Translations under genes and position numbers: made by a program
Notes under the pieces: model-generated
Databases searched by the model: none
Told to the model about the DNA's origin: nothing
The model's input: the letters and a program-made list of their open reading frames with translations, nothing else
Shown here: one piece after another, positions 29,341-40,540 of the stretch
Numbering within the stretch: position 1 is the first letter of the stretch
How the letters are laid out: each line of letters begins with the position of its first letter
Source of the DNA: Flaccisagitta enflata
Lineage: Eukaryota
Assembly (NCBI GenBank): GCA_965153355.1
Contig: OZ231126.1
Span: 18,414,001-18,478,000, forward strand
Reading direction: 5' to 3'
Length of the DNA stretch: 64,000 nt

Positions 29341-31477
29341 ACTAATTGAATATTGAAATATGAAATATTAGGAGAAATTCATAAGTTTCATTCATAATGT
29401 GTCATCATTTCACTTATTTTTGCTACCCTATCATTGTGATATGGCCTTATAGTACTATTTGTCTATTTTTTATGAATTTATTCACTCATTATTCATAAAA
29501 GCATTCAAACATGCAAATTAACAAGATTTTTTTTCATCGAAACCAAGTAAACATTTGTCATTTGTTTTATTTGTTCCAAGGCAATGAAATATCATCTGTA
29601 TCATTTATTTATCAAATATCATCTGTATCATTTATTTATTCACATATTCAATTACTTGATTATTTATTTCGCGAATTGTTCACCTTTTAATTCCTTTTTC
29701 AATGGTATTCTTCGTCATGTCATAATTTTCTTTTTCTGGCCATAAAAACCGTATCAGATATTGCATGATTACACGTTTCTTTGTATTTGTTATCATATAA
29801 TTCGTTCTTTCGATCATTCATTCATTCATTCATTCATTCATTCATTCATTCATTCATTCATTCATTCATTCATTCATTCATTCATACATTCAATCATATT
29901 TACAGTCATGCCTTGATTTGTTCGAAAGTTTTGTAAAATTCATTCATCTAGTTTCATTCACTTATCTAATCAAGATTATACCTCACCGTGCAAAATGTTG
30001 ACAATGAGGCAAGACAGTAGCAATCAGTTGGGCAGGGGCAGTAATGCAAAACCACTCACAATTCAGAAATATGACGGACAGACCGACCTACGACCTACCG
30101 ACCGACACAGCAAAATGTAGTCGCATGTCCGCGACTAGAAAAAAGGTAGGATACATGGCTACCGAAGTCGTGTGGGAGTGGGCAGGGGCAGTGATAAAAA
30201 AAACTAAGCATTTGGACTGGAGCGGTAGTATGAAAAAAGCCGAAAACGCTGAAAAAGTAGTGATACCAACTGACAGACTGACCAACCAACATAGTTATAG
30301 AGTCGCTTGCATTCAACTAAAAGCACTCAGCAGTAGTAAAATGAGCTGAGAAAATAATATCAGCTGAGATTTTTTTGCTCGTTGGAATTTTCAAATCAAT
30401 TTAAAACAAGGTCAGATACACGGCTACCTGAGTCGGGTGCGGATGGGCAGTGAAAGAAGACCCTTTGAGAATTTGGAAGAGCTCAAATCGCAGAAAAAGT
30501 TGAAAAGGGATCCCACCAACCGACGTACCAACATACCGGAACGTGAAGCAATTATAAACATGAAAACCAACAATAACGCATAAAAGAAAGAAAGACAGAA
30601 AGTAAGAAAGAAAGAGGGGAAGAAAGGAAAAGAAAAGAAAAGAAAAATAGTCGCAAAAGCGTTAGATGGTCAGCGGTACCCGTTGCCCCTATGTGAGTGT
30701 ATGTGAGTGTGAGGTGGTTAGTGGGGCAGCGGCCCCCGAAATGACAACTATGCTGATTTTGTTGAGCCAAGGCTGGGATTTGAGCCTGGGGCTGGGATTT
30801 GAGCCTCAAGGCAAGGATTGGGCCTCGAGACTAGGATTTGAACTGTAGAGACTAGGATTGAGCCTCGAGGCTAGGATTTGGGCCTCGAGACTAGGATTTG
30901 AGCCTTGAGGCTGGGATTTGAGCCTCGAAGCTGGGATTTGAGCCTTGAGGCTGGGATTTGACCCTTGAGGCTAGGATTTGATCATCAAGGCTGGGATTTG
31001 AGCTTCAAGGCTGAAATTTGAGCCTCGAGGCTGGGATTTGAGCTTTGAGGCTGAGATTTGAGCCTCGAGGCTGGGATTTGAGCCTTGAGGCTTGGATTTG
31101 AGCCTTGAGCTGGGGATTTGAGCCTCAAGGCTGGGATTTGAGCTGGGTTGTGAGCCTTGAACCTGGGATTTCGGCCTTGAATTCAGGATTTTAGCTTGAA
31201 GCTTGGATTTGAGCCTCGAGACTGGGAGGGGGGAATGCACGCATGTACGAACGAACAAAAGTCCCCCTGTGTTCTACAGGACATCGTCCCCTTCGGGACC
31301 GCTGCCCAAAAAGGAGAGTACAAAAGATACAAGGTCGGCACGGCGCCACAGTCACGGATGGTTGGGCAGGGGTAGTAACACAAACCACTCGCAATTGGAG
31401 GGAGGGACGAAGGAACTGTTCTTTTTGTTGCTTTAGTTTACTCGAACAAAGACACACATTGAGGCCCAGACATATGT

Positions 31478-31511
<34 letters not shown>

Positions 31512-33000
31512 CGGATGGATGGATGGACAGGAACAGGCAGACTTCTGGACATACAGGGACAGACAAACCTATTTTTGGTTGCGCACTAAATGACTCTGCA
31601 CCTCGCTTCGTCCGTCGGTTAGTCGGTCAATCGGTTGGTTATTTCTTGTTAATGTTTTTGCAATCTATGGCCTCGCTGCTTCTGCCCAAATGCTCTAGTG
31701 ACCTCATAAACATCCCCTGCCCATCCGTGTATCTGGCCTTGTTTACCGGTGGGTACAGATTGAAAGAGATATCACGTCCTTTCATGCTTCCCATACCTTC
31801 TCGCATTCATTGATTCATTTGTTCATTCATTCATTCATTCATTCATTCAATTGTTCATTCATTCATTATTTCATTCATTCACTCAAGTCATTCAATTATT
31901 CATACATTTTTTTAGTCATTCATTCATTCATACATCCAAATCGGTGTTTGTACTCTGTTGACACATTTCTTTAGTGGTTGGTAAAATCAATGAATTCTGC
32001 TTTTTCTGCCTCTGCTTGAACATGCTACTGCCCCTGCCCAATGTCCTTTTTTTGAAAATGACCCATGTCCAGCCCTGATTATGTCCCTACTTGCTCCCCT
32101 ACGACTAAGGCTGAACCCGATGTGTTTGTCTTTCGTATGGCAATCTACTTTGATTTCAAGGCAAATCCGAAGAAAAAACGAAGAAAAAAGATGACTAAAG
32201 TTAATTCATTGAGAATCAAGAATTTGCATAAAAAATGAAAAAATGAAAAAAACAAAAACATACCGGGCTAGCTATTTATCATACCGAGGCCGGTATGTTC
32301 TTAGAAAAGTTATTTTTTTCTTTATTTTTGTTATTCTTAATTCTCAAAAACGAAAATAATATTTTCGAAATCTTAATAAAGAGTGGAACCTCACTCTGAA
32401 AATCGATTTAGCAAATAAAAAAAGCTCCCCATTGGTCAAATCTGAGCAACAATGCTCTATGACACATATTTATACTAATTCTACTAAAAAATCCCCACTC
32501 GTTGCTTGTTTGATAGCTAGTTTAGGTAATATTACAAAATTGTACTAATAATCAATCTCTGAAGGTCACCATGACATCTTCACTTCAGAATTTTTTTATG
32601 AGCATACTTTCACCCCGGAAGCCGCCAGATTTTTTTGTAGTGAAAATAAACCCTTTTTTACTTTGTTAGATCCAATTAAGAGCAATATTATGTATTGGTT
32701 GCACTGTGCCAAATGAGCTAGATGAGCTAAAATATTCAAAATCACTCTACCAGACAACCAGCTATGCTTAGAGACATGCTTTCTTGGATTTGCATGCTTA
32801 AATCAAAACATTTATTCATTTCTTCATTTATCGGTTTTGAAATCAGAAAAAAAAGAGCAAGCTAAATGAGCTAAATGAGCTAGAATACTTAAAAACAACC
32901 TCACAGATGAGCTATATTTACTATGGGAACCGCAATTATACATTTTCCGCTTAATTTTTGCACATGTGTTAGTATTGTCTGCAATCATTAGTTTTTCTAC

Positions 33001-33069
33001 CTCTTTTATCTTTTTCAGCATCCATGGATTTGTGACCAATTCTTACAAATGATGAGCGTTGGGGGGAAC
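33001..33069 (-). CDS. Duplicate of the SSFVRI exon: (G)SPQRSSFVRIGHKSMDAEKDKR(G), with the dibasic site altered
   Basis: Same acceptor and upstream intron sequence as 34351; donor G|GTagaa; 69 nt, phase 1 to 1; RR changed to HK. Confidence 0.5.
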
Positions 33070-33214
33070 CTTTAGGTGTATAAAAGAAAGTATGAAATCT
33101 GCATCAATACAAAATGTATTAAGTACAAACCATTGACTGATATCAGAAAACCTGGAGAGAGCAATACAAAAAGTTTCTATCCGTAAACTAGACTAAGGCA
33201 ATCAGTAGCATATT

Positions 33215-34030
33215 CTAGTGTCTACCTCTCTTATTGCCCCATGTGCCAGATGTGCCAGTACCAGATGATCCTCCATTATTAGTATTTCCCCAAGTTCCAC
33301 CAGAGCTGGAGCCTCCACTGTTGTTATTTCCCCATGTGTTTCCACCTCCAGTAGTGGTTGAGCCACCTGTATTTGAGGTTCCACCATTTTTATTGCCCCA
33401 TGTGCCTGTACCACCAATGCCAGATGATCCACCATTGTTATTTCCCCATATTTCCCCAGGATCCACCAGAGCCGCTTCCTCCACCAGTTCCCCATGATCC
33501 TCCACCAAAAAAAAATCAAATGAAATCATAAAACTTCATGAGAAAGAGAGAGAGAACAGGTTGCCCAAGGGCAATAGTCAGTGATACCCGTTGCCCTGTT
33601 TCTTGAGTGATTGTGAATTGAAAAGGGGAAGCAGGTGGCAGCGGCCCTGAAGGGGGACGAAGTCCTGTGCAGGAACACAGGGGACTTCAAGTCTGTCCTG
33701 CCTGGAAGAAAGGGATGAGATGCTGTAAAGGGCTGACTGAAGGCCTTCTAGAGCTCAAACTGAGGTCTAAGAAGGCTGATATTAGGCTTGAGAATGCCAA
33801 TTGAAGCTTGAGAGGGCTGACTTGAAGCTTGGGAGAACTGTAGTGGTTGAGCCACCTGTATTTGAGGTTCCACCATTGTTATTGCCCCATGTGCCTGTAC
33901 CACCAGTGCCATATGATCCACCATTGTTATTTCCCCATGATCCACCAGAGTTGCTACCTCCACCACCATTATTATTTGCCCAGGATCCACCAGAGCCGCT
34001 TCCTCCACCAGTTCCCCATGATCCTCCACC
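33215..34030 (-). pseudogene. Two partial copies of a Gly/Asn/Ser-rich WG-repeat ORF (GGSWG, GTWGNNNGG)
   Basis: Copy 1 (34030-33840) is cut by a repeat insertion. Copy 2 (33506-33215) has a frameshift at about 33450 (tgg gga aat a tgg gga aat). Varied Gly codons argue for coding origin rather than a simple satellite. Confidence 0.55.
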
Positions 34031-34102
34031 AAAAAAAATCAAATGAAATCATAAAACTTCATGAGAGGGTGAAAGATAAAAGAGGAGAAGAAAACATTTA
34101 GG

Positions 34103-34128
34103 TACAAATGATGAGCGTTGGGGAAAAC
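34103..34128 (-). pseudogene. Truncated middle copy of the SSFVRI exon (GFPQRSSFV...)
   Basis: Same acceptor and about 130 bp of upstream intron; homology breaks after SSFV. The matching 3' end (AGA G|GTagac) reappears near 33222-33228, after the Gly-rich insert. Confidence 0.6.
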
Positions 34129-34279
34129 CTTTAGGTGTTAAAAAGAAAGTATGAAATCTGCATCAAAACAAAAAAAAGTATTAAGTACAAACCATTGATA
34201 TCAGAAAACCTGAAGAGAGCATCACAAAAAGTTTCTATCCGTCAACTCATAGACTATGACAATCATTAGTATTGTCTAC

Positions 34280-34351
34280 CTCTTTCATCCGTTTCTTCAG
34301 CATCCATGGATCTGCGACCAATTCTTACAAATGATGAGCGTTGGGGGGAAC
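34280..34351 (-). CDS. FVRIamide/S-I-amide neuropeptide-like exon: (G)SPQR-SSFVRI-G-RR-SMDAEETDER(G)
   Basis: Acceptor ctttcttttatacacctaaAG; candidate donor G|GTagac (72 nt, phase 1 to 1), or read-through to a stop at 34266 (RGRQY*). Monobasic R, SSFVRI, amide-donor Gly, dibasic RR and an acidic spacer. Confidence 0.65.
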
Positions 34352-35118
34352 CTTTAGGTGTATAAAAGAAAGAAAGTATGAATTCTGTATCAATACAAAA
34401 AATGTATGAAGTACAAACCATTGATATCAGAAAACCTGGAGAGTATGAATAGATTAGGCCGCAATATAAAACTATATTATGTAGAGCATTAATGCATCGC
34501 CAAGCATTTAATGCAATAACAGCAGTAAAGATTAAAATATCCGTGTGAAAATCATTGAGATTCTGAAACTTCTTTGAATTTCTGACTAAATGCCACCGAT
34601 AGCATTTTAGCCGCATGCTTCAGGACTCTACACCTATCCATCAACCCATCAATAGGTACATTACGTTATAATCTTTTTTTTTTTAACTTTTTTATATTTA
34701 GGCGTTTAAAGGGCAGTCTTTGCATTAATGCTCCTTTTCGAATGGATGGTTAGCCTATTTTACTGCCCCTGCCCCCCTGCTCGCGACTTGGATAGTCATG
34801 TATCCATGGGACTGACACGGAGCCAATTCTTCTTTTAGCAATATATTGTTCTAGATGTGCTAGTTATGCTCTAGATAGTACATTTCAAGATCAGTCAAAG
34901 AATAATGGTAACGCACGAGGTACAATATTCGTCTATGCAATATTTTGTACCGTTGTTTTCATACAGCAAAATCCTGCTTTTATGGAATTCAAGGAACAAA
35001 AAAATCTTACCTGTTATGGGAAGAGTTCTGTGATACTTAATACAGAAAGTAAAAGATAGGCTTTAAGAAAGTGGATTTTAGGGGATCCTTCAAAATGAGA
35101 TGCAGATTGATAGCTTAC

Positions 35119-35186
35119 CTTCTCGTTCTGTTATGTCCAGATTGTTGTCCGCTTTTGTGGCGATCAGCGCTGACAGCGTCTGGTTA
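35119..35186 (-). CDS. Internal exon NQTLSALIATKADNNLDITERE(G/E); kinesin upstream exon or neuropeptide-precursor exon
   Basis: Acceptor cctctttcAG, donor G|GTaagc; only one frame is open (phase 2 to 1). Phase-compatible with both 34351 and 23604. Confidence 0.65.
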
Positions 35187-35601
35187 CTGAAAGAGGTTTA
35201 AAAGAAATGTTTGAGCAAAGTTACTTTGTCCTTAGGTCCTTTGGTCCTTAGGGCCTTAGTAACGATCTCCATTTCATGGGAAGGCAATATGAAATAGCAT
35301 TTACCATAAGCAGATTAAAGCTGTAACCACGGCAAAATATTTGGAGGAGTACAACATTTTCATTGTAATTAGATAGAAAGTAGTGAGAGCAACCCACTAT
35401 CAGATCAATCATGTTCAACTTCTTTTATACGCAGTATAGAATGAGATTCCAGGGTCCTATTCATGTTCATGGATTTGTGTCAGGTGCCAGATGGATGAAA
35501 AAATGGTTAATTGTTTTCTTCAGAAATGCTGCAAACAAAATTTGTAAAGTTTGTATTTTCTTGATATGATTGTGCTTTCTTTGTTATCTCATTGGTATTG
35601 T

Positions 35602-36185
35602 CAGGGCTGATTTTAGGGCGAACGAGTGAGCCCAATGCTCTCTGTTTTGCTGTAGGGCTCTCACCTTTTGGAAGCTCTGAGCCCCACAGGCTCTCTCACA
35701 TAAGGATGGATTTGTTGTGCCTATGCTGCTTGAGGAAAATTTGTCAATCGACCTTCAAGATTTTACTGTTTTTTTGATCATTTCACTTACTGAGTCATCT
35801 CATCATTATTAACAAACTGTCAGAAACAGGGGCAGTGATTGATATTACATAGGCTAATACAGCAGTGTTATGTTTATATAAACAAGGCCGGATACACGGC
35901 TACCCCAGTCGCGTGCGGGTGGGCAGGGGCCATAACTGAGGTCACTCCACTATTTGGGCAGGAGCAGTGAGGCCAAAACCGCAAAACCCAAAAAAGTAAA
36001 GTGTGACGGACGGATGACGTGGGACGGACGGACCAACGACCGGACGGACGGGACCGACAAAGCGGGGTGTAGAGTCGCGTAGCACGCGACTAATAATCTT
36101 GTATAACATTTTTTTCTGGGCTCAGTCATTTTGTGGAGAGCAAGCCCGGCTGGCTCAGTCAAAAAAATCGTTAAAATCAGGCCTG
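35602..36185. mobile_element. hAT-type MITE with an 8-bp TSD, carrying a nested HINE-like insertion (35881-36092)
   Basis: TIR CAGG(G/C)CTGATTTTA ... TAAAATCAGGCCTG; flanks GGTATTGT and GGCATTGT (7/8 match). Confidence 0.8.
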
Positions 36186-36189
36186 GGCA

Positions 36190-36510
36190 TTGTTTGTATT
36201 GTTTGTATTGTTTGTTTTGTTTGCATTGTTTGCATTGTTTGCATTGATTGTATTGTTTATATTGTTTGTATAATCAACATTGTTTATATTGTTTTTATTG
36301 TTTTTATTGTCTACATTGTTTTTATTGTCTTTTTTTTTATTGTTTTTATTGTTTTCATTGTTTTCATTGTTTTTATTGTTTTTATTGTTATCAATGTTTT
36401 CATTGTCTTTTGTTTTCATTATTTCTATTGTTTCATTATTTCCATTGTTTTTATTGTGTGTATTGTTTTTATTGTGTGTATTGTTCTTATTGTGTGTATT
36501 GTTTGTTTTG
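36190..36510. repeat. 9-bp (attgttttt-like) tandem repeat
   Basis: Directly visible. Confidence 0.85.
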
Positions 36511-38156
36511 TACATTTTGATATGGATTGTGTGTTACTTGGTGTCTTTTGCGTCTCTCTCAGCCTCCCCATTGTGTGCTTTCTTGGAGCATTTTGTCGTT
36601 TTCTGTTCTGCCCTCCCAGTTGATTCCGTCTTACATAAAATTTGTTCAATGCCGTTATTTGATGCGTCCTCGCATCTCTATTGGAGGTCATGTCTGTCCG
36701 TTGGTTGGTCTGTTGGTTGGTCAGTTGGTTGGTTGGTCTGTCCATCATGCCAATGTTTAAATTGCAAAATCCGAGGCAGTTTCATAAAAAACCCAGCACC
36801 AACCAACTCTCTCATTCTTTTATTTGATCATTCATTCATGTATTCATTCATGCATTCATTTATTCATTCATTTGTTCATTTATTCAACCATTTATTCAAA
36901 AACAACATTCATTCACAAACAACATTCATTCATTTTAAAATTTTCATTCAAAGAGGACGCATCGTTGACCTAGCTGGCCTTGATTCATTCTATCCAAACA
37001 GCGTTTCATTTCTATAGCTGTACTATCTTGCTAAAAAGTATAACAACAAGATGGAATTTAGTTCATTTATTCATCATTAAGGGTATTCAATATTTGTAAA
37101 ATATGCCTAGAAGTTTGTTTAACCTCTCTCGGCATCCAATATGGCTTTCATGAGCCTCGGCATGTTTTTGTTAAGTAACTGAAGGAAGGATGGCATGATG
37201 TTCTTCTCAACTATAACAGCAATTCTTTTTAACATGGCCATCGACATCTAACATTCTCAAATCAATAATAATTCAATATGGTTAAGGTTAGATCTGTTTC
37301 CAGGCCAACCTTGAGACAGCTTGATAGTTGATACCAATGTGATGATGTGATGCACCAAGGCACTATCCTATATGAACTGGTGTATTCTACAATCCCCAAA
37401 ATTCTAAAATGAAATTTTTTTGCTATTTTTTTAGCTGAGGTAGCAAAAATGTTTTGTTTGTCATTACTAAATGACTAAATCTAGAGCAATGCTGATTGCG
37501 CAGCTTGGAAAGTTGATGAATTTTTCAGACATCACCGATACTTCTTTGCATGATTTTTTTTGTAATTATTCCCCATAGTGCTTGTCACTAATAGTGACTC
37601 ACTATGCTTATTAGCAGGATAGTAAAATGCAAGAATAGACTATGAAATTTCGTGTTGTGAAGTTTTCAGGTCTGAGGAGTCTCATGTTACTTACCTGCCA
37701 CTGGCAATTCTATCACAACTGTGATCTGTTGTCTTATAGCAAGATTGCTTCTAAAACTGCATGTCAAACTTTCTCATTTGGCAAACATTCAATTTCTATC
37801 AGCCCATTCTTTGTTAACCTCTCCTTAGCAAATTTTGAATGAAAAGTGTTGAAAATATCCCTGAAGGAACTGATGAGATTACAATCGATCAAAGCAGAAA
37901 TCATTTGAAAAAGACTCTACTGTTAATGGAATTTTTTTTTTTTTTTTGAAAAATGAAAAATTGGATTTGAAAGAAGAAAAAAAACTGAAGCCTTTTTAGT
38001 AAAGCTGTGCCAATTCATTTTGTCTGTCAACACAAACTAAAACAATTTTATTATTCATTCAAGTACATCAATGTTATTTGATAAGGGTTTATTGTGTTCC
38101 ACGACAGTGGAACACCAAATTAGCACACGATTTTCCGTCCGTACGTCTGTCTGTCC

Positions 38157-39810
38157 CGTATGTCACACAACCCATGATTTTCCAATATATGTCACACAGC
38201 CCAGAATTCTCCGATGTATGTCACACAATCCAGTTTTTTCCGATGTATGTCACACAGCCCAGAATTCTCTGATGTATGTCACATGGCCCAGAATTCTTCA
38301 ATGTATGTCACACCACTCAGTTTTCTCCAATGTATGTCAATACAGCCTGGTAAATTCTCTGATGTATGTCACACCACCCAGTTGTCTCCAATATGTCACA
38401 CAACCCAGAATTTCTCCAATGTATGTCACACCACCCATTTTTCTCCGATGTTTGTCACACAGCCCAAAGAATTCCAATGTATGTCACACCACCCAGTTTT
38501 CCACAATGCAGGTCACAGAGCCCAGAATTCTCCAATGTATGTTACACCACCCAATTTTCTTCAATGTATGTCACATAAACCAGAATTCTCCGATACATGA
38601 AAGTTGGACAACATTACTACCCAACCCTAATTTACTTATGTCACACCACCCAGCTCTGTCCGATGTATGTCACATAGCCTGGTAAATTCTCCAATGTATG
38701 TCACACCACCCAGTTCTCACCAATATATGTCACACAGCCCAGAATTCTTCAATGTATGTCACACCACCCAGTTTTCTCCGATATATGTCACACCACCCAG
38801 TTTTCTCCCATGTATATCAGACAGTACAGAATTCTCTGATGTTTTTCACACCACCTAGCTTTCACTCCAATGTATGTCACACAGCCCAGCATTCTGTGTA
38901 TGTATGACACGACACCCACTTTTTCTCCGATGTGTATGTCACACCACCCAGTTTTCTCCGATGTATGTCACACAGCCCAGGAATCTCTGATGTATACCAC
39001 ACACCACCCAGTTTTCTCCAATGTATGTCACACAGCCCAGAATTCTCCGATGTATGTCACACCACCCAATTTCTCTGATGTATGTCACACAGCCCAGAAT
39101 TCTCCAATGTATGTCACACCACCAAGTCTTCTCCTATGTATGTGACACAGCCCAGAATTCTCCAATATATGTCACACCACCCAGTTTTCTCCAATGTATG
39201 TCACACAGCCCAGAATTCTCCAATTTATGTCACACCACCCAGTTTTTTCCGATGTATGTCACACCACCCAGTTTTCTCCGATGTATGTCACACAGCCCAG
39301 AATTCTCCAATGTATGTCACACCACCTAGTTTTCTCCGATGTATGTCACACAGCCCAGAATTCTCTGTTGTATGTCACATTATCCAGTTTTTTCCAATGT
39401 ATGTCACACAGCCTAGAATTCTCTGATGTATGTCACACCACTAAGTTTTCTGGGATGAGGTCACACAAAACCTGCACTCTCTCCGATGTATGTCACCACC
39501 CAGTTTTCTCAGATGTATGTCACACAGCCCAGAATTCCTCTTGATGTACGTTTCACCACCCAGCTTTTTCTGATGTATGTCACAGCCCAGAATTCTCCAA
39601 CAGTATGTGTCACAGCCCAGAATTCTCCAATGTATGTTACACCATCCAGTTTTTTCCAATGTATGTCACACAGTCCAGAATTCTCTGATGTACATCACAC
39701 CACCCAGTTTTCTCCAATACAGTCACAGCCCTGTATTCTTTGGGATGTATATCACACCACCCAGTTTGTTCCAATGTATGTCACACAGCCCTGCATTTTC
39801 CAATGTACAC
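38157..39810. repeat. Minisatellite of two alternating ~30-bp units
   Basis: atgtatgtcacacagcccagaattctcc alternating with atgtatgtcacaccacccagttttctcc. Confidence 0.9.
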
Positions 39811-39828
39811 TCACACAAGGTCCGCCTT

Positions 39829-39864
<36 letters not shown>

Positions 39865-40433
39865 CATTAATATTACTATTGATAATATTATTACTGCCAC
39901 ACACACACACAATAGTCGCTAAAGTGTTAGGATGGTCAGCGGCACCTGCTGCTTCTAAGTGAGTGAATGAGGGTGTGAGGTGGTGAGAGGGGCAGCGGCC
40001 CCGAAGGAGCCGATGACCTATGCTGTTTTTATTTGAGCCTGGAGGCTGGAATTGGGGCCTTGAAGCTGGGATTTGAGCTTAGAGGTGGGGATTTGAGCCT
40101 CGTGGCTGCCATCCTTGCTCTATTTCATATCGAAGAAGACGAGTGTTTGTTTTCGACAAAAAAAAGGAAGAAATGGGAATGAAGATCAAATGGAAATGAA
40201 GAGTGGTGAATTGGTGATGCCAAATCAGAACCGCGTCTTTACTGCGGCAATGAGAAACATCGAATGTCGACGCATGCAGCTTTTGTTATCCATGATTCCT
40301 CGGTCAATTGTTTTGCATTGACCATTGTATTCACCTGTATGGAAAAGGTAATCGTGGTTCAGTAGACGACGCTGCAGCAACGACCAGGTGCTCTCTGTCT
40401 GTCTCTGTCTGTCTCTGTCTGTCTCTGTCTCTG

Positions 40434-40540
<107 letters not shown>

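Noticed and set aside
33234-34046. Pro-rich plus-strand ORFs
   Set aside because: Antisense of the Gly codons; the minus strand shares orientation with the neighbouring exons and gives the coherent WG repeat.
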